The notes under the pieces are model-generated. The model was not told where the DNA came from. It saw only the letters and a list, made by a program, of their open reading frames with translations, and searched no databases. The position numbers and the translations under genes are program-made. A stretch of DNA of 64,000 nucleotides from Amphiscolops sp. MND2022 (Eukaryota): assembly GCA_964187785.1 (NCBI GenBank), contig OZ076409.1:32800001-32864000 (forward strand), written 5' to 3'. Shown in pieces: positions 1 through 11,457 of the stretch. Position 1 is the first letter of the stretch. The number at the start of each line of letters is the position of its first letter.

Positions 1-3000
1 ATAACACATTAAAAATTTTCCAATAACTGCTTTCTCATTTGAAGTGATAGTTTTCCCAGCCCAGTTATCACAAATTTCATCAACAATGTCCAACATTCAT
101 TGCGTTCAATCGAATTCCTTTCTTCCGAATCATTAAAAGATACATTGCCAAAGTGCTTCAGCTCATTTAACTTAGCTTCTATAATTGCGTCAACATCCAA
201 AGAGTAGATTTCCAGGTAGGTCAAAAACGTCTTCAGCCAGTTCTCCAAGATTTGCTCTGCTACACAATTCCTCTTCAAAGTTGACCGACCGCGGCGGAGA
301 CATGTCAAACAGAATTCGTTCTCTAATCGTAGCATAATCCTGTTTTGAAACTGCTCTTCTTGAAACATCGTCGAAACATCCATCATCATAATCAGTGGAT
401 AAAGACAACTTCCCACATTACGGCAACTGAAGGTCCTCCCTTTGTGTTCAGTGATCTCTGTGCATCCCATCGGGATGAATTCGTATTTTGAACTCAATTG
501 CTGCCTTACAATTTGCTCTCTGCTTTCTGACACAACGTTTTCCAAAGCTACATCCGAGTTTTCTCCCAGATACTGCAATGCTGTGGAGTTTCGCTTTCCA
601 TTCTGTTTGTAGAAAGTCTTTGAGCTTCTGTCACCACAAAACCCCAATTTCTGTTCATCAATGTTTTTGTCAGGCTCCGATAGATCATCAGAAACTCTGA
701 GTTTCCAAGAGAGCCATAACGAGTCCACATCGTCTTGATCAGTGCAGCCGGCCCATTGCAAGACCCATTGCTCCAACTTGCTGTTGTTGGTACTTTCAAA
801 GAACATATTTGCGTTCTTTTCACCTATGGCCTGTCTCTCAAATCATGTAGCCAAACTGTGTTATTTTGTATTCCATTCTCGTTCAATTGAACTCTTTCTT
901 CCATTTCACGTCTCAAGTTCAAGATGCGTTCAACCGTCGAAACTCTTTTCTTCTGTTGCTTGCAGTGGCCGTGGCTCAATTGAGTTTTTTCAATGCCGTT
1001 AGCCTGTGCCACGGCATCCATCCCGGAATTTCCATTGCCAGTCCAATGGTTCCACACATTATTATTACTCTGGATAGTTTCTTCAACAAGGCTTACTACG
1101 AGGTCAAAATCAGTTTTCTTTCCAAAAGGTGCATTCATGTCTTGTGTTTCACCTTTGCCATTGCCTTCCACGGGTTTGTCATGTTTCATTGCAACGTGGC
1201 ATAGCTTTTGATACATGGCTCGTTCATTCCAATCGTCTTGCAGTGCAAATTGCTGCTCATTCACAAATCAAACTTTTTGTCCAACGCTAAACACTTGTTT
1301 CCTTCTTCAAAGTGTAGATTACGGACATTTTTCCGAAGTTTTTTTGCCTGAGGAGAAAGTTAAGCTTCAATTCCTTGTTTCCGTCATTGTGTAATCCAAG
1401 TTCTCCTCTGTTTGCACTAATGAATGCTCACTCATGACCAAGTAAATCTCTTCTTCCAAAACTTGTTTGGTAACCACAAGGAGGGTTTCTGAACGGAAGT
1501 CTTGCCAGCCATCGTCTACAACGATTGTTTCTGACCAGTTCTGTATGCATTCCGCTGTGATGCGCTCCGAGGTTCCTTTATTTGCAACATTCACGTATGG
1601 TTGTGACGTTGCTCCTTGTCTGCGATGGTCTGACGATGCTCTGTTTTCAGCTTTTGTTCCTTCGTTCCGATAAGCTTCCTCATCGGCTCCTGTGAGAGGT
1701 TTCGAGTCTCTCATAGGTGCGGAGAAATTTCCTTCGTGAACTAATTTCCCTGCATTCTCTGATTTCGAATATACTGATACTACAATATTGGACTTAGCCC
1801 CGTTCTTGGTTGTTTCTGTTATGTCCATACATCCTGAGTCTTTCGTCAGATTGTCGTCTGGTGACTCGACCGGTTAAATATTTCGCAAGCTAGACCCACA
1901 ACTATTCGATATTTTCGCTATTTGACTTTCTATTTCAGCTATTCTAGCTTTGTGGGCAAGCGCTTCTTGAAAAGCAACCTTTTCAAGTCTTTCACAACTT
2001 TCTTTAACTTCACGTCTCAGTTTCTCCAGTCGGGCTTGCATTTCTTCTTGCTCTTTCAGAGCTTTTTCTTTCAAATAATGAACTCGTCTAGCACTTGAAG
2101 TTTTCGAAATCACTGAGCCTCTGTTGGTTGTGGTTTCAACAAGTTCTGAACGTTTGCCAATTTCCTCTAATTGTAATGATCCAGGCTGGACTCTTTGGTC
2201 TTGGAGTTCATCCGATTTCTGATACACCGCTTTCTGTAATGCTAGAGGAACCAGTCGATCTCCATTGACCCCTTCGAGCTGACTGTTGTTCTGTTGTCCA
2301 TCTGGATTGTTTGGTCAGACACGATACTGTTTTCTTCGAATAGTGATGTTACATCGTTGACTGAGTTTTCCACTTCAAATATGCTGTCTCCCATGTCACA
2401 GCGAGGTTCTTTGTCATTGATCCTTCTTGACCGCGTCAGTGATTTTTTTCAGTAGCCATTTTCTTTACACAATTAGGTTTTGCCTAATGAACACGTCTTT
2501 CCCTCAACTTTCTTGTTCGGGTACATCTCAAAGCTGCGTCTGCAGGTGTTCCATTTGCCATCTGGCTTAGTTTTAACTCCTTTGTCCCGTCAATTGGACA
2601 CTTTAACATTTGCTTCGCATCAGGGAACCAGTATCCCCAATTCAATTCCAATTTCGCAAAGCATTCTTCTCATTCAGTCATACTTCGACTGAGCTGTCTT
2701 TGCGTTTCTTCATTCGTAAGACTCAACATAAAGTCTACACAAAAGAGCAACGCTTGTCTTCTCTCGTGGTATTCAATTACCCAATCAATCAAACTGCTTT
2801 TGGCTTCAACAGCTTCTTTCTCATCGAGCTTGTCATCCAAGACTTTAACCAACGTATCAAGCTTTTCCACATGTAGGGGTAGGGTATTCCAATAGAGGCT
2901 CCACGCGTACTAATCTGACGCATTCTCCACATCTTTTGGTTTGAGCTCCATCAGTTGTTGGCTCTGCTTTGTGTTTCTTCCTTCATACATTTTTGTCATT

Positions 3001-3655
3001 CGAGGATGCTGCATCCCGTGCCTTTCCTTCTTTTTGGCGTTCATTTGTTCAGATGATTCTTTTGTTTCACTGAGGGCTTTCGAACTTCGCAATGGTTTCT
3101 TGTAGAGTTTGTCATTTTTCCCAACTGTGCAATTTCTCAGATACAAAGTGTCAACTGCTCAATCCGGTAATCAATGGCCAATTCTCGAAGAATCAACCCA
3201 ATACTGTCGATTATACTTTTCTTCTTTGACGACCTTGACTGCTTCAATGGTGGATATACTTGCAGTGACCTCTTAGACCAGATCTTTGTTTCAATCAGGA
3301 AACCGTTCCATAAAATACAAATCGTTCCAAAACTAGAATTGATGCACAAATACTTCCAGAATGTCGCTAAAGCCCAACTCCCAGAGTACACAATAGTCCC
3401 AGCTCCAGAGTCACTATAGCCCAAACTCACAAAGACACATTAGCCCAAACACCCAGAGTCTCTACAACCCAAACTCCCAGATTGACAAAATCACAGACTC
3501 CAAAATCCAGACACTCGTTCTTCTTGAGCAATCTTCTCAGTTGTCCACCAACGAGACGTCTTCGTCCTCATCTCCTTCTGTCCGAACCTTCTTTCTGTCA
3601 CCAACGAGCTGTCCGGATCAGCGGACCAACGAATTGTCCAGGTCGGCGGACCAAA
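1..3655 (-). mobile_element. Heavily decayed Bel/Pao-like LTR retrotransposon, internal gag region (continues off the left edge)
   Basis: Broken minus-strand ORFs (9-806, 824-1264, 1367-1828, 1874-2227). They include a gag-type coiled coil (SSARRVHYLKEKALKEQEEMQARLEKL) and a Zn-knuckle remnant (EFCLTCLRRG...RNC). A TGGTCCG.. PBS-like motif lies directly inside the adjacent TG..CA LTR. Confidence 0.6.
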
Positions 3656-4283
3656 TGTAACGCCTGCTTGCCCTTATCCTGCGCTGAGGCTTGACAAGCT
3701 TTACAGCGCCCTGATCCGTTGCAAAGTACTGTGGACCGTTACTATGCAAATCCTGCCTGGTTTTCTTGTTGTAAAGGACTGTATCTTTGACTGGTGGGTC
3801 CGATGTGACCCATAGGATCTTCTGATGATCCTCTCAACATTAGGTTGGATCCGATGTGATCCGTAGGATCTTCTGCGATCCCTCTTGATACTTGTTTGGA
3901 TCCGATGTGATCCTGCACACACTTCCCTCACTATATCTTTACGCGCTGCGGCTCTCCAACTTTGAGAGTAGCAACTTACTCGCTCTAACTCTAGCGAAAA
4001 GTTGTGAAGATTGAGAGGTTGATCAATTAGTCTCTTGGTCCTGAGACCCAACTTGACTATAGCTATTCAGTGGAAAGATTCTATCTGATATTGGTATTAA
4101 TCTGGCTTACACTTCTGTAGTAAATATAGGCAAATATCAATTGAAATATGTTGTACAAATAAATGACATTTAAAGCATAAAATGAAGTTATTGGCTATGT
4201 AAACAAACAATGTGGTGGTTTTGGCATGTTAACCAAGTGGGAAAAAAAATGTTTACACAATGTAAATATTATTGATTTCAACA
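3656..4283 (-). repeat. Putative 5' LTR of the decayed element
   Basis: TGT..ACA termini (tgtaacg at 3656; tttcaaca ending at 4283). On the minus strand it is followed by TTTGGTCCGCCGACC. It contains internal ~50-bp repeats with the core TCCGATGTGA(T/C)CC at ~3797-3912. The partner LTR is not in the window. Confidence 0.5.
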
Positions 4284-5013
4284 GAGTCACATTTCCTTCA
4301 AGGTTATATGAGAAAATCACATAGAATTTTATTCATCACAATTGAGTAATTCATTGGGTCCGATTTAGGTCACTTTGGGCTCTGAACCAAGAGGAGATAC
4401 GGGGTTGGGTGTTATGAATGAAAAGTTAGTGTAGCACCACAACTATGTGTGTGCCAAGTTTCAAGGTGGTTGAATGAGTGGTTCGTCAGGACGGGGGGTG
4501 ACTCAATTTTACACGAGGCTATTTTTGCTAAAAGATGTATTTTTCAGACTAGATTCTTGATAAAGTTTCTAAGTGTTTTGAGATATAAGTTTTATCAGTC
4601 ACGTTCGAATTAGAGTTTCTGATCTTGCAATTGACTAGCGCCAACAACTGCCATCAGCACAATGCTTCTCCAAACGCATCTGCCGAGTTTCTGTGGTCAC
4701 GAAGATTAGTTCAATGGATTTTAACACCTAATACTCAATCACTTTCAACCATTCGCCATCAAGATCACGTAAGAAAACAAAAGTCACTTATCACCAATCT
4801 CACTGAGAGATGAAGTCATCGAATCTTGGCAAACGATTTCAATCAACTCAGTGACAACATTGACGGAGGTCCTAGATTAGTCAACTAGGACTTCGTCAGA
4901 GAAGTTATAAAAGAAGTGGCGAGAGATAAATGGAACGACGCGATTTATGATCCAGCTAAGAAGACATTGGAAGAAATTTTGAAAAAAAATTAAGAAAACG
5001 GCAAAACAGGGCA

Positions 5014-5532
5014 TGTTTCGGGGTAGCTCTCAAGCTACAACGGGGAAACTCAAGAAAGAGTTCGAACTAAGACAATTGGAGGAACTCAAAGATAGAGTTC
5101 AAACTATTGTGATTTGGGTCTTGACTCAAGGCAAGTGATCTATATTTGAGAACGTTTATTGACGGTGTGCATGAACGGTTTTGATCTAGAGAAGTGAGAG
5201 TTAGATGACATGTCAATAAAAGGTTACTGAATAACATAATGGCACACTTACAGCTCATGGGTAACAAAAAAATCCATAACGGGTTGTTTACATATGCGTT
5301 TACAATAGTGAGCAATGGGTTGTAAATATAATACATGAAATGAGCAATATCAATATTGTCAAGCAAAATGATTGACATATGGCCAATAATAAAAGTCAAA
5401 GAATTAAATGAACAAAAAAGAGCATTGTCGCAGATTCGAACTCGCGCAGGCCGGTTCGAAGGCAAAGACGGATCCACTGTGCTATGTGGACTAATAATTA
5501 CTGCGCGATCATTGTGATGTCATGCGCCAACA
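5014..5532 (-). repeat. 3' LTR of the Bel/Pao element
   Basis: tgtttcggggtagctctcaagc...gtcatgcgccaaca, a direct repeat of 10936-11457 with scattered substitutions and indels. Confidence 0.95.
5414..5492 (-). ncRNA. tRNA-like Pol III cassette inside the LTR (also in the 5' LTR at ~11338-11418 and in every array unit)
   Basis: Minus strand reads A-box TAGC(A/G)CAGTGG, then CTTCGAA (anticodon-loop-like, TCG), B-box GAGTTCGAATC and a T6-7 run. The stems pair poorly, so it is not a canonical tRNA. Confidence 0.5.
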
Positions 5533-5833
5533 TCCCGCAGGCCATGAAGTCTCAGCTTCATTGAATATAAGGTTAGCACTCGTGCTAATACAGTTTGCAA
5601 TATTATTAACAACTACCACTGCACCATCATCATCCATAAGGGGATTGGGTATACTTTGGGTATTGAGTAGGGTGTGTTCCGGTGCAGAAAATTTAAATAT
5701 TTGCTGGCTTCCTTTAATCTCTTCACACACTAAACCTCCTCCCTCGCCCACCCCCTTGAAGAAGGAATCCAGATCTGAGCAAAGTTCCCTTAGGAAATTG
5801 GAACCTACTCGCCAGAGCGAGGCAGGAGTGGGG

Positions 5834-5919
5834 GCGTGGGCAGGGCTCGAACCACCGACCTGGTGTTTCGACTAAGGGGTCACTGTTGCTTCAACGTTAG
5901 CCACTGAGCCACAGCACGC
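5834..5919 (-). ncRNA. tRNA-like / SINE head in the Bel/Pao 3' UTR
   Basis: Minus strand GCGTG..TGGCTCAGTGG (A box)..GGTTCGAGCCC (B box)..CACGC. The terminal GCGTG/CACGC can pair, and the A-to-B spacing is longer than in a plain tRNA. Confidence 0.55.
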
Positions 5920-5923
5920 AGTT

Positions 5924-8900
5924 TCAATGTCGTTCGTGCTGATTTTCACTGTGTGCATGACGTTCAATATCTGCTTTGTGGAGGTCATTGTCCTTAACTG
6001 GTAGCCGTCTCAGCTTGCTGACAGGCCTTGTGAACTCACCGCGCAATGTTCTCACTAATGCCACTTGTGCTAAGCCTTCGTGACCAAGTTTCAATTGCAT
6101 CACTCGACTGATATTCCACTGCAGTGGTGGAATGCCATCGTCTGTGATCAACACTATGTCATCAACTGAGAGATTAGCACGTTCTTGTCGCCACTTGCTT
6201 TGAAGTTGGAGTGATGCAAAATACTCAGAAGACCATCCATTGCTTCCAAAATTGAGAGAGTAGCTGTTGAATACAGCGAAATCGTTTTACTGGATGCTCT
6301 CGGGCATCCATCTTCTGCAAACTGGGTTGCGGGATAATATCCAATCGGCTGCCATTGACAAGCATGGACGGAGTGATTGCAAAGATGTCATCTGGGTTGT
6401 TTGTGAGACGATTGTGGTCGATTGTTCAATACTTGTTCAATTTAGCAAAGAATGGTTGTCATCTCCTCGTAGATGAGAATGGAATTGCCCATGACTCGAC
6501 GCAAATGGTGCTCCATTGACTTCACCGCTGCTTCCCATAGTCCACCGACGTTGGGTGAGAGAGGAGGAATGAAGAGCCATTCAATGCTGTTGTATGAAAG
6601 TGCCCCTGCCCGAACCACTTTCGTTAAGGTCACGCCTTGCACTCACGAAGTTGGTTGCATTGTCGGACACAATTTGACTGGGAATGCCACGTCTTGCAAT
6701 GAACCGTCTTAGAGCTGCCACCATCGCATCTGAAGCCAATGATGATACTGTCTCTAGATGAACTGCCTTTGAAGCAAAACATACAAAAACAGCTACGTAA
6801 CCCTTGACACATTCAGTTCCATTTTTGAATGTTAGAGATCCTGCGAAGTCGAGGCCCATACAAGAGAAGGCACGTTCGGGAACCTCAAAGCGACTGGAGG
6901 GCAAGTCACCAATGGGCTGCTGTGTTGGCCCTGAGTTGAAGCGGAAGCACGTGACGCACTTCTTGATACACGCTGACGCCTTCTTCATTGCCTGAGTGAC
7001 CCAGATTTGACGTCTCTGCCACTGTTGCTGTGGGACCACCATGAAGGGTTCGTTTGTGGGCATCGTAGATTGCAAGTGTAGTATGTTTGCTTCGGTGTGA
7101 CACCAGTAAAGGGAAACGCTGATCGTCAGTCATTGAGTACCCGTGGGCCAATCTGCCGCCGACCCTGATGACGCCGTTGTCCATTGGCTGCTATTGAGCT
7201 CTTCGGGTTGATTGACTCACCATTTGAGAGGGCTTTGAACTCGGTTTCAAAGTGTACCATCTGATCTGCTTTGAAAACCGCATACAAGGCGAGAGCCATT
7301 TCCTCCCGGCCAAAGATCGTCTTCAGATTTTTTTGAATGCTTTTTGCAAATGCACAAGGTTCTCAATATTTTCACTAGTGAATTGAAATTCTCCAAGTCT
7401 ACTAACGAATTACTGGGTGAAGTTGACACTGTCAACGTTTTGACTTCTTTGCGGGCTTCCTCCTTTGTGAGGAGAGTCTGAGGTTGGTCAGGAAATGATG
7501 ATCCCAACCACGATGGCCCTTGAAAGCAGAACTTGTGCTGAGCAACCAACTGCGTTGCTAGCAGTCCACGTGAGCACAGATCTGCTGGGTTTTCCTCTGA
7601 GGATACATGAATGAATTCAGTTGTTGGGAGCAATGACTGAATTTGCACAACGCGGTTTGTCACAAACGTAGGCCATCGAGCAGGGTCTGCTTTGATCCAT
7701 GAGAGCGATTGTTGAGTCTGAGAACAGCACTTAGATGTTCAATGCGTGCTTTGATTTTGATAGTGCCTCTTGACTGCTGTTGCAAGTTTGGCACTAGTCA
7801 GAATTGCCAAGAGCTCGAGTCGTGGGAGAGTTGAGGGTTTGATCGGCAATTGGAGCAGATGAGGGTTGAGGAGACGATGTCATCTTTGACTGACACCAAA
7901 TAGACACAGGCACCATACGCTTTTTCTGAGGCATCACAGAAGACTTGCAAGGATGCTTCATCGTACAAGTGGGTTTGCAGCACCTTCCGCGGTATCTGGA
8001 GTTCTGATAGCGAGCTCATGTCATCCTTCTAGTTTGTGTATGCCTGTGACATATCATCTGGAACTGCATCATTCCACTCGAGATCCAGCTTCCAGCAAGA
8101 CTGAATGATGACCTTGGCTACTACGAGAACTGGGGCTATTGGATCGGAATGCTTTGAAACATCACTGAGTAAAAATCGTATAGTTCGTTTGGTAATGGTT
8201 GAAACATACTCACTACAACTTGCGTACACAAAGTGATCTTCTAAAGGATGCCACGTCAGTCCAGCATTTTGATTTGATGGGTTTTGTGGTTGATTTCGTA
8301 AGCCTTGCCAGCTTCTTGAAGGTCTTTGGGAAGACGAGTGACCAGTTGGGGTTCGTTGTCGCTCCACTTGCGTAGTGGGAGACAGTTCTTGTTCAAGGTT
8401 TCATTTAAATCGTCTTGAAGCACACATGCTTCCTCCAGGGTATCAGCTCTATAAGTAAATCGTCAACCCAGAAGTCATTGAGAATCACATTCACTGTGTT
8501 GGGGTTGGGTCCGTTCGTTTCACCACTCTCTTGAAGTGCTCGGATTGAATGGTAGGAGGAGCTGGCAACACCGTACGTCACACGGATCATACGCAATTCT
8601 CGGATGTCATCTGTCACGTAGTCACGCCACAGAATTCGATGGAAGTCTCGATCTGATTCGTCTAAAGCCAATTGCCGGTACATCTTCGCCACGTCTGCCG
8701 ATAGTGCAAATTAATGGGGGCGAAATCGAATGAGAATATCAAACACATCGTCCTACAAGCGGGGTCCAAGCAATAGGCAATCGTTCAGCGAATTGCGATT
8801 CGGGGATTTGCTGCTAGCATCGAACACGACACGGAGCTTGGTCGTTGTGCTATCCTTGAACACACTGTGATAAGGGAAGTAGTAACACAAACCATGCGTC

Positions 8901-10921
8901 TGAGGCGCTTGTTCAAGATGACCCATCTCCACAAATTCTTTGCTGAAATCACGATACTGCTGCTTCACACCATCGTGATACTTGAGTTTTCGTTCCAAGG
9001 CGAACAATCTTTGCTTGGCTGTTTGAAAGTTGTTCGAGGGACGTGCCTCAGATTTGAAAGGCAGACGAACAGTGATACGACCATCATCAGCAACATAGGC
9101 CGTTGTGTCGTTATGCTCCACACACTGACGATTTCTTTGGACATCTTTGGACGGTTTCACTCGAGGAATCTCTTCAACTTCCCAGAAGCGAGCAAGATCC
9201 AGTTCCACTGCAACTTGAAAGGATTGACATGGGTAGGCACGCTCTTGGGACAACACTCCAGTGACCACCCAGCCAAAGATAGACCTGCGACAGTGAAGCC
9301 CATGAGCTTTTCACCTTTTGTCCAGAAAGAGATGCTCGTACATATCCGCGCCCAAAAACAATTGAACGGGGCCAGGTTGATGGAAATTTTCATCAGCTAA
9401 TGCTACATTTTTCAATGATTTCAATTGTTTCAAGTTAATGGATTGAGAGGGTATAATACCTGCAATTGAGTTCAGCACTAGTGCTGTTACTGGCAATTTC
9501 TGAGGATCAATCATGAGATTGACTGAATCCTTTGCTGCCTGTTGACGTCCACCAACCCCTGAGATATTCACAACGACTGTTGAACGGGCGATGTTGGGTT
9601 TTGATGCTGCATCCGCTGTGATGAAGGATGTTTGAGACCCGGAGTCCAGCAAGGCTCGAAACATCAATGTCTTTCCTGCTGCATCATCTATGCCAACCAT
9701 TGCCATTGCTGTCGACAGAATCACAGATGGACCACTGAATGTTGCACCACTCGTCACACCACTTTGCTGCTCGACTGGATGATCAAAATTCAGTGATGTG
9801 TGATGCGTTGCAAGTGCGGCAGTTGAACTTCGATGGACAGTCAGCCACGAAATGCCGCACCAAACAGTTCATGCACAGTTTGAGCTTCCTCACCACTGCC
9901 GTCTTCTCACGCGTGCCCAACTGCTTGTAGCGATCGCACTTAGAGATTGAATGTGAACCACTGCATTCTTTCAACTGACAACTCAATGAGTGCTCAACAG
10001 TTGAGGAGTAGGCTTCCTGATGCACCTTCTTGGGCGTCGTCTTGGGGGTAGAAACCTCAGGCTGGTCACCACTGGATTCCAATGCGCGGCTTCGTCTATC
10101 CATGAATGTAGCTAACTCCTTGAATGTTAACACATCTGTGCCGGGATGAGCCAATTCAATCTGCTTCCTTGATTCAGCATCTTTCTCCAGCAGCCAGTAC
10201 ACTAGTATTGCATCCCATTGATTGACGGGAAGCCTCAAGGCTTCTAGTGCTTGAACATGTTCGTTCGTCGATTCCAACAGTTTTTGCAGCTCGACACTTG
10301 ACTCCCTTTTATGGCTGGTAGGGCATGAATTGCAGCTAAGTGCGCCTACACGATTGCACGCTTGTTGTTGTAACGCTCCTCTAGCTTTCGCTTCACGATG
10401 TCGTAGTTTGCATCAGTGACCAACAGGGATGAAACTATCTGAGCTGCATCACCCTTCAGTGACAATTTGAGGTAGGATAGCTTCTCAACGTTAATCATGT
10501 CAACTTTACTGTCAACCAGTGTTGTGAAGTGAACCCAGAAAGAGACCCACTGTGTGTATTCACCGCTGAATGAAGGAAAGGTCAGCTTAGGGAGCTTCGT
10601 GGTCAGACTGCCACTTGATGGTACCGCTACGTTGCTTGGGCTTGGAGGCTGCAACTCCTTGATCTTGCTCTAACACCACTTGACTGGCCTTTCTGCTGCC
10701 ATGAACACATAAGCCGCTTCCCCCGTCAGCATCTTGCGACAATCAATCAAGAACTCCAATGTGGCTTGAACATCCTCGAGCGGTCCACCAGCTTGCCGAA
10801 ATGCTGTTGCCCGTCTTGTGAAGACGCCGCGATGAGTCCCTCTCGATCGTTTGAGCTGAGGCAACTTCATCTCACCACCAGAGCTGTCTGAACCTCCTGA
10901 TCCATCTGCTTTTGACATCAC
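5924..10921 (-). pseudogene. Fragmented Bel/Pao gag-pol polyprotein
   Basis: Gag/DUF1759-like KLPKLTFPSFSGEYTQW..EKLSYLK; CCHC knuckles (LCMNCLVRHFVADC, CRTCNASH); protease RALLDSGSQTSFIT; RT KLRVVFDAS, SLNDCLLLGP, KMYRQ, FWVDD; RNase H FCDASEKAYG, NPADLCSRG; integrase IRVGGRL, GLDFAG, VHLE, SDNATNF, GGLWEAAVKS. Confidence 0.95.
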
Positions 10922-10934
10922 ATCGAGGTCACCA
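10917..10934 (-). promoter_or_regulatory. Primer binding site complementary to tRNA-Trp
   Basis: The plus strand ATCACATCGAGGTCACCA matches the animal tRNA-Trp 3' end (ATCACGTCGGGGTCACCA, recalled) at 16 of 18 positions, 1 nt from the 5' LTR. Confidence 0.85.
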
Positions 10935-10935
10935 A

Positions 10936-11457
10936 TGTTTCGGGGTAGCTCTCAAGCTACAACGGGAAACTCAAGAAAGATTTCGAACCAAGAGAATTGG
11001 AGGAACTCAAAGATAGAGTTCAAACTTTTGTGATTTGGGTTTTGACTAAAGGCAAGAGATCTATATTTTAGAACTTTTATTGACGGTCTGCATGAACGGT
11101 ATTGATCTCAATAAGTGAAAGTTAGATGACATGTCAATAACAGAATATTGGATAACATAATGGCACATTTACAGCTCATGGCAACAAAAAGATCCATAAC
11201 GGGTTGTTTCCATATGCGTTTACAGCAGTGAGCAATGGGTTGTAAATACAATACATGAAATGAGCAATATTAATTATGTCAAGCAAAATGATTGATCGAT
11301 ATTAAGGCCAAAATTAAAAGTCAAAGAATTAAAGGAACAAAAAAGAGCACTGTCTCAGATTCGAACTCGCGCAGGCCGGTTCGAAGGCAAAGACTGATCC
11401 ACTGCGCTATGTGGACTAATAATTACTGCGCGATCATTGTGGTGTCATGCGCCAACA
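10936..11457 (-). repeat. 5' LTR of the Bel/Pao element
   Basis: TGT..ACA termini, adjacent to the PBS, and a repeat of 5014-5532. Confidence 0.95.

Larger units (their letters stand above)
5014..11457 (-). mobile_element. Full-length Bel/Pao LTR retrotransposon, non-functional (many stops and frameshifts)
   Basis: Paired LTRs at 5014-5532 and 10936-11457 with TGT..ACA ends. TSD GGGCA (5009-5013) versus GGGCC (11458-11462). Domain order gag-PR-RT-RH-IN with Bel/Pao-specific motifs. Confidence 0.96.

Noticed and set aside
4284..4505. Short element bounded by GAGTCAC/GTGACTC
   Set aside because: Only a 7-bp inverted match, with no TSD and no second copy in the window.
5740..5833. HDV-like or hammerhead ribozyme
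   Set aside because: Hairpins are present, but I could not place the conserved catalytic cores or pseudoknots.
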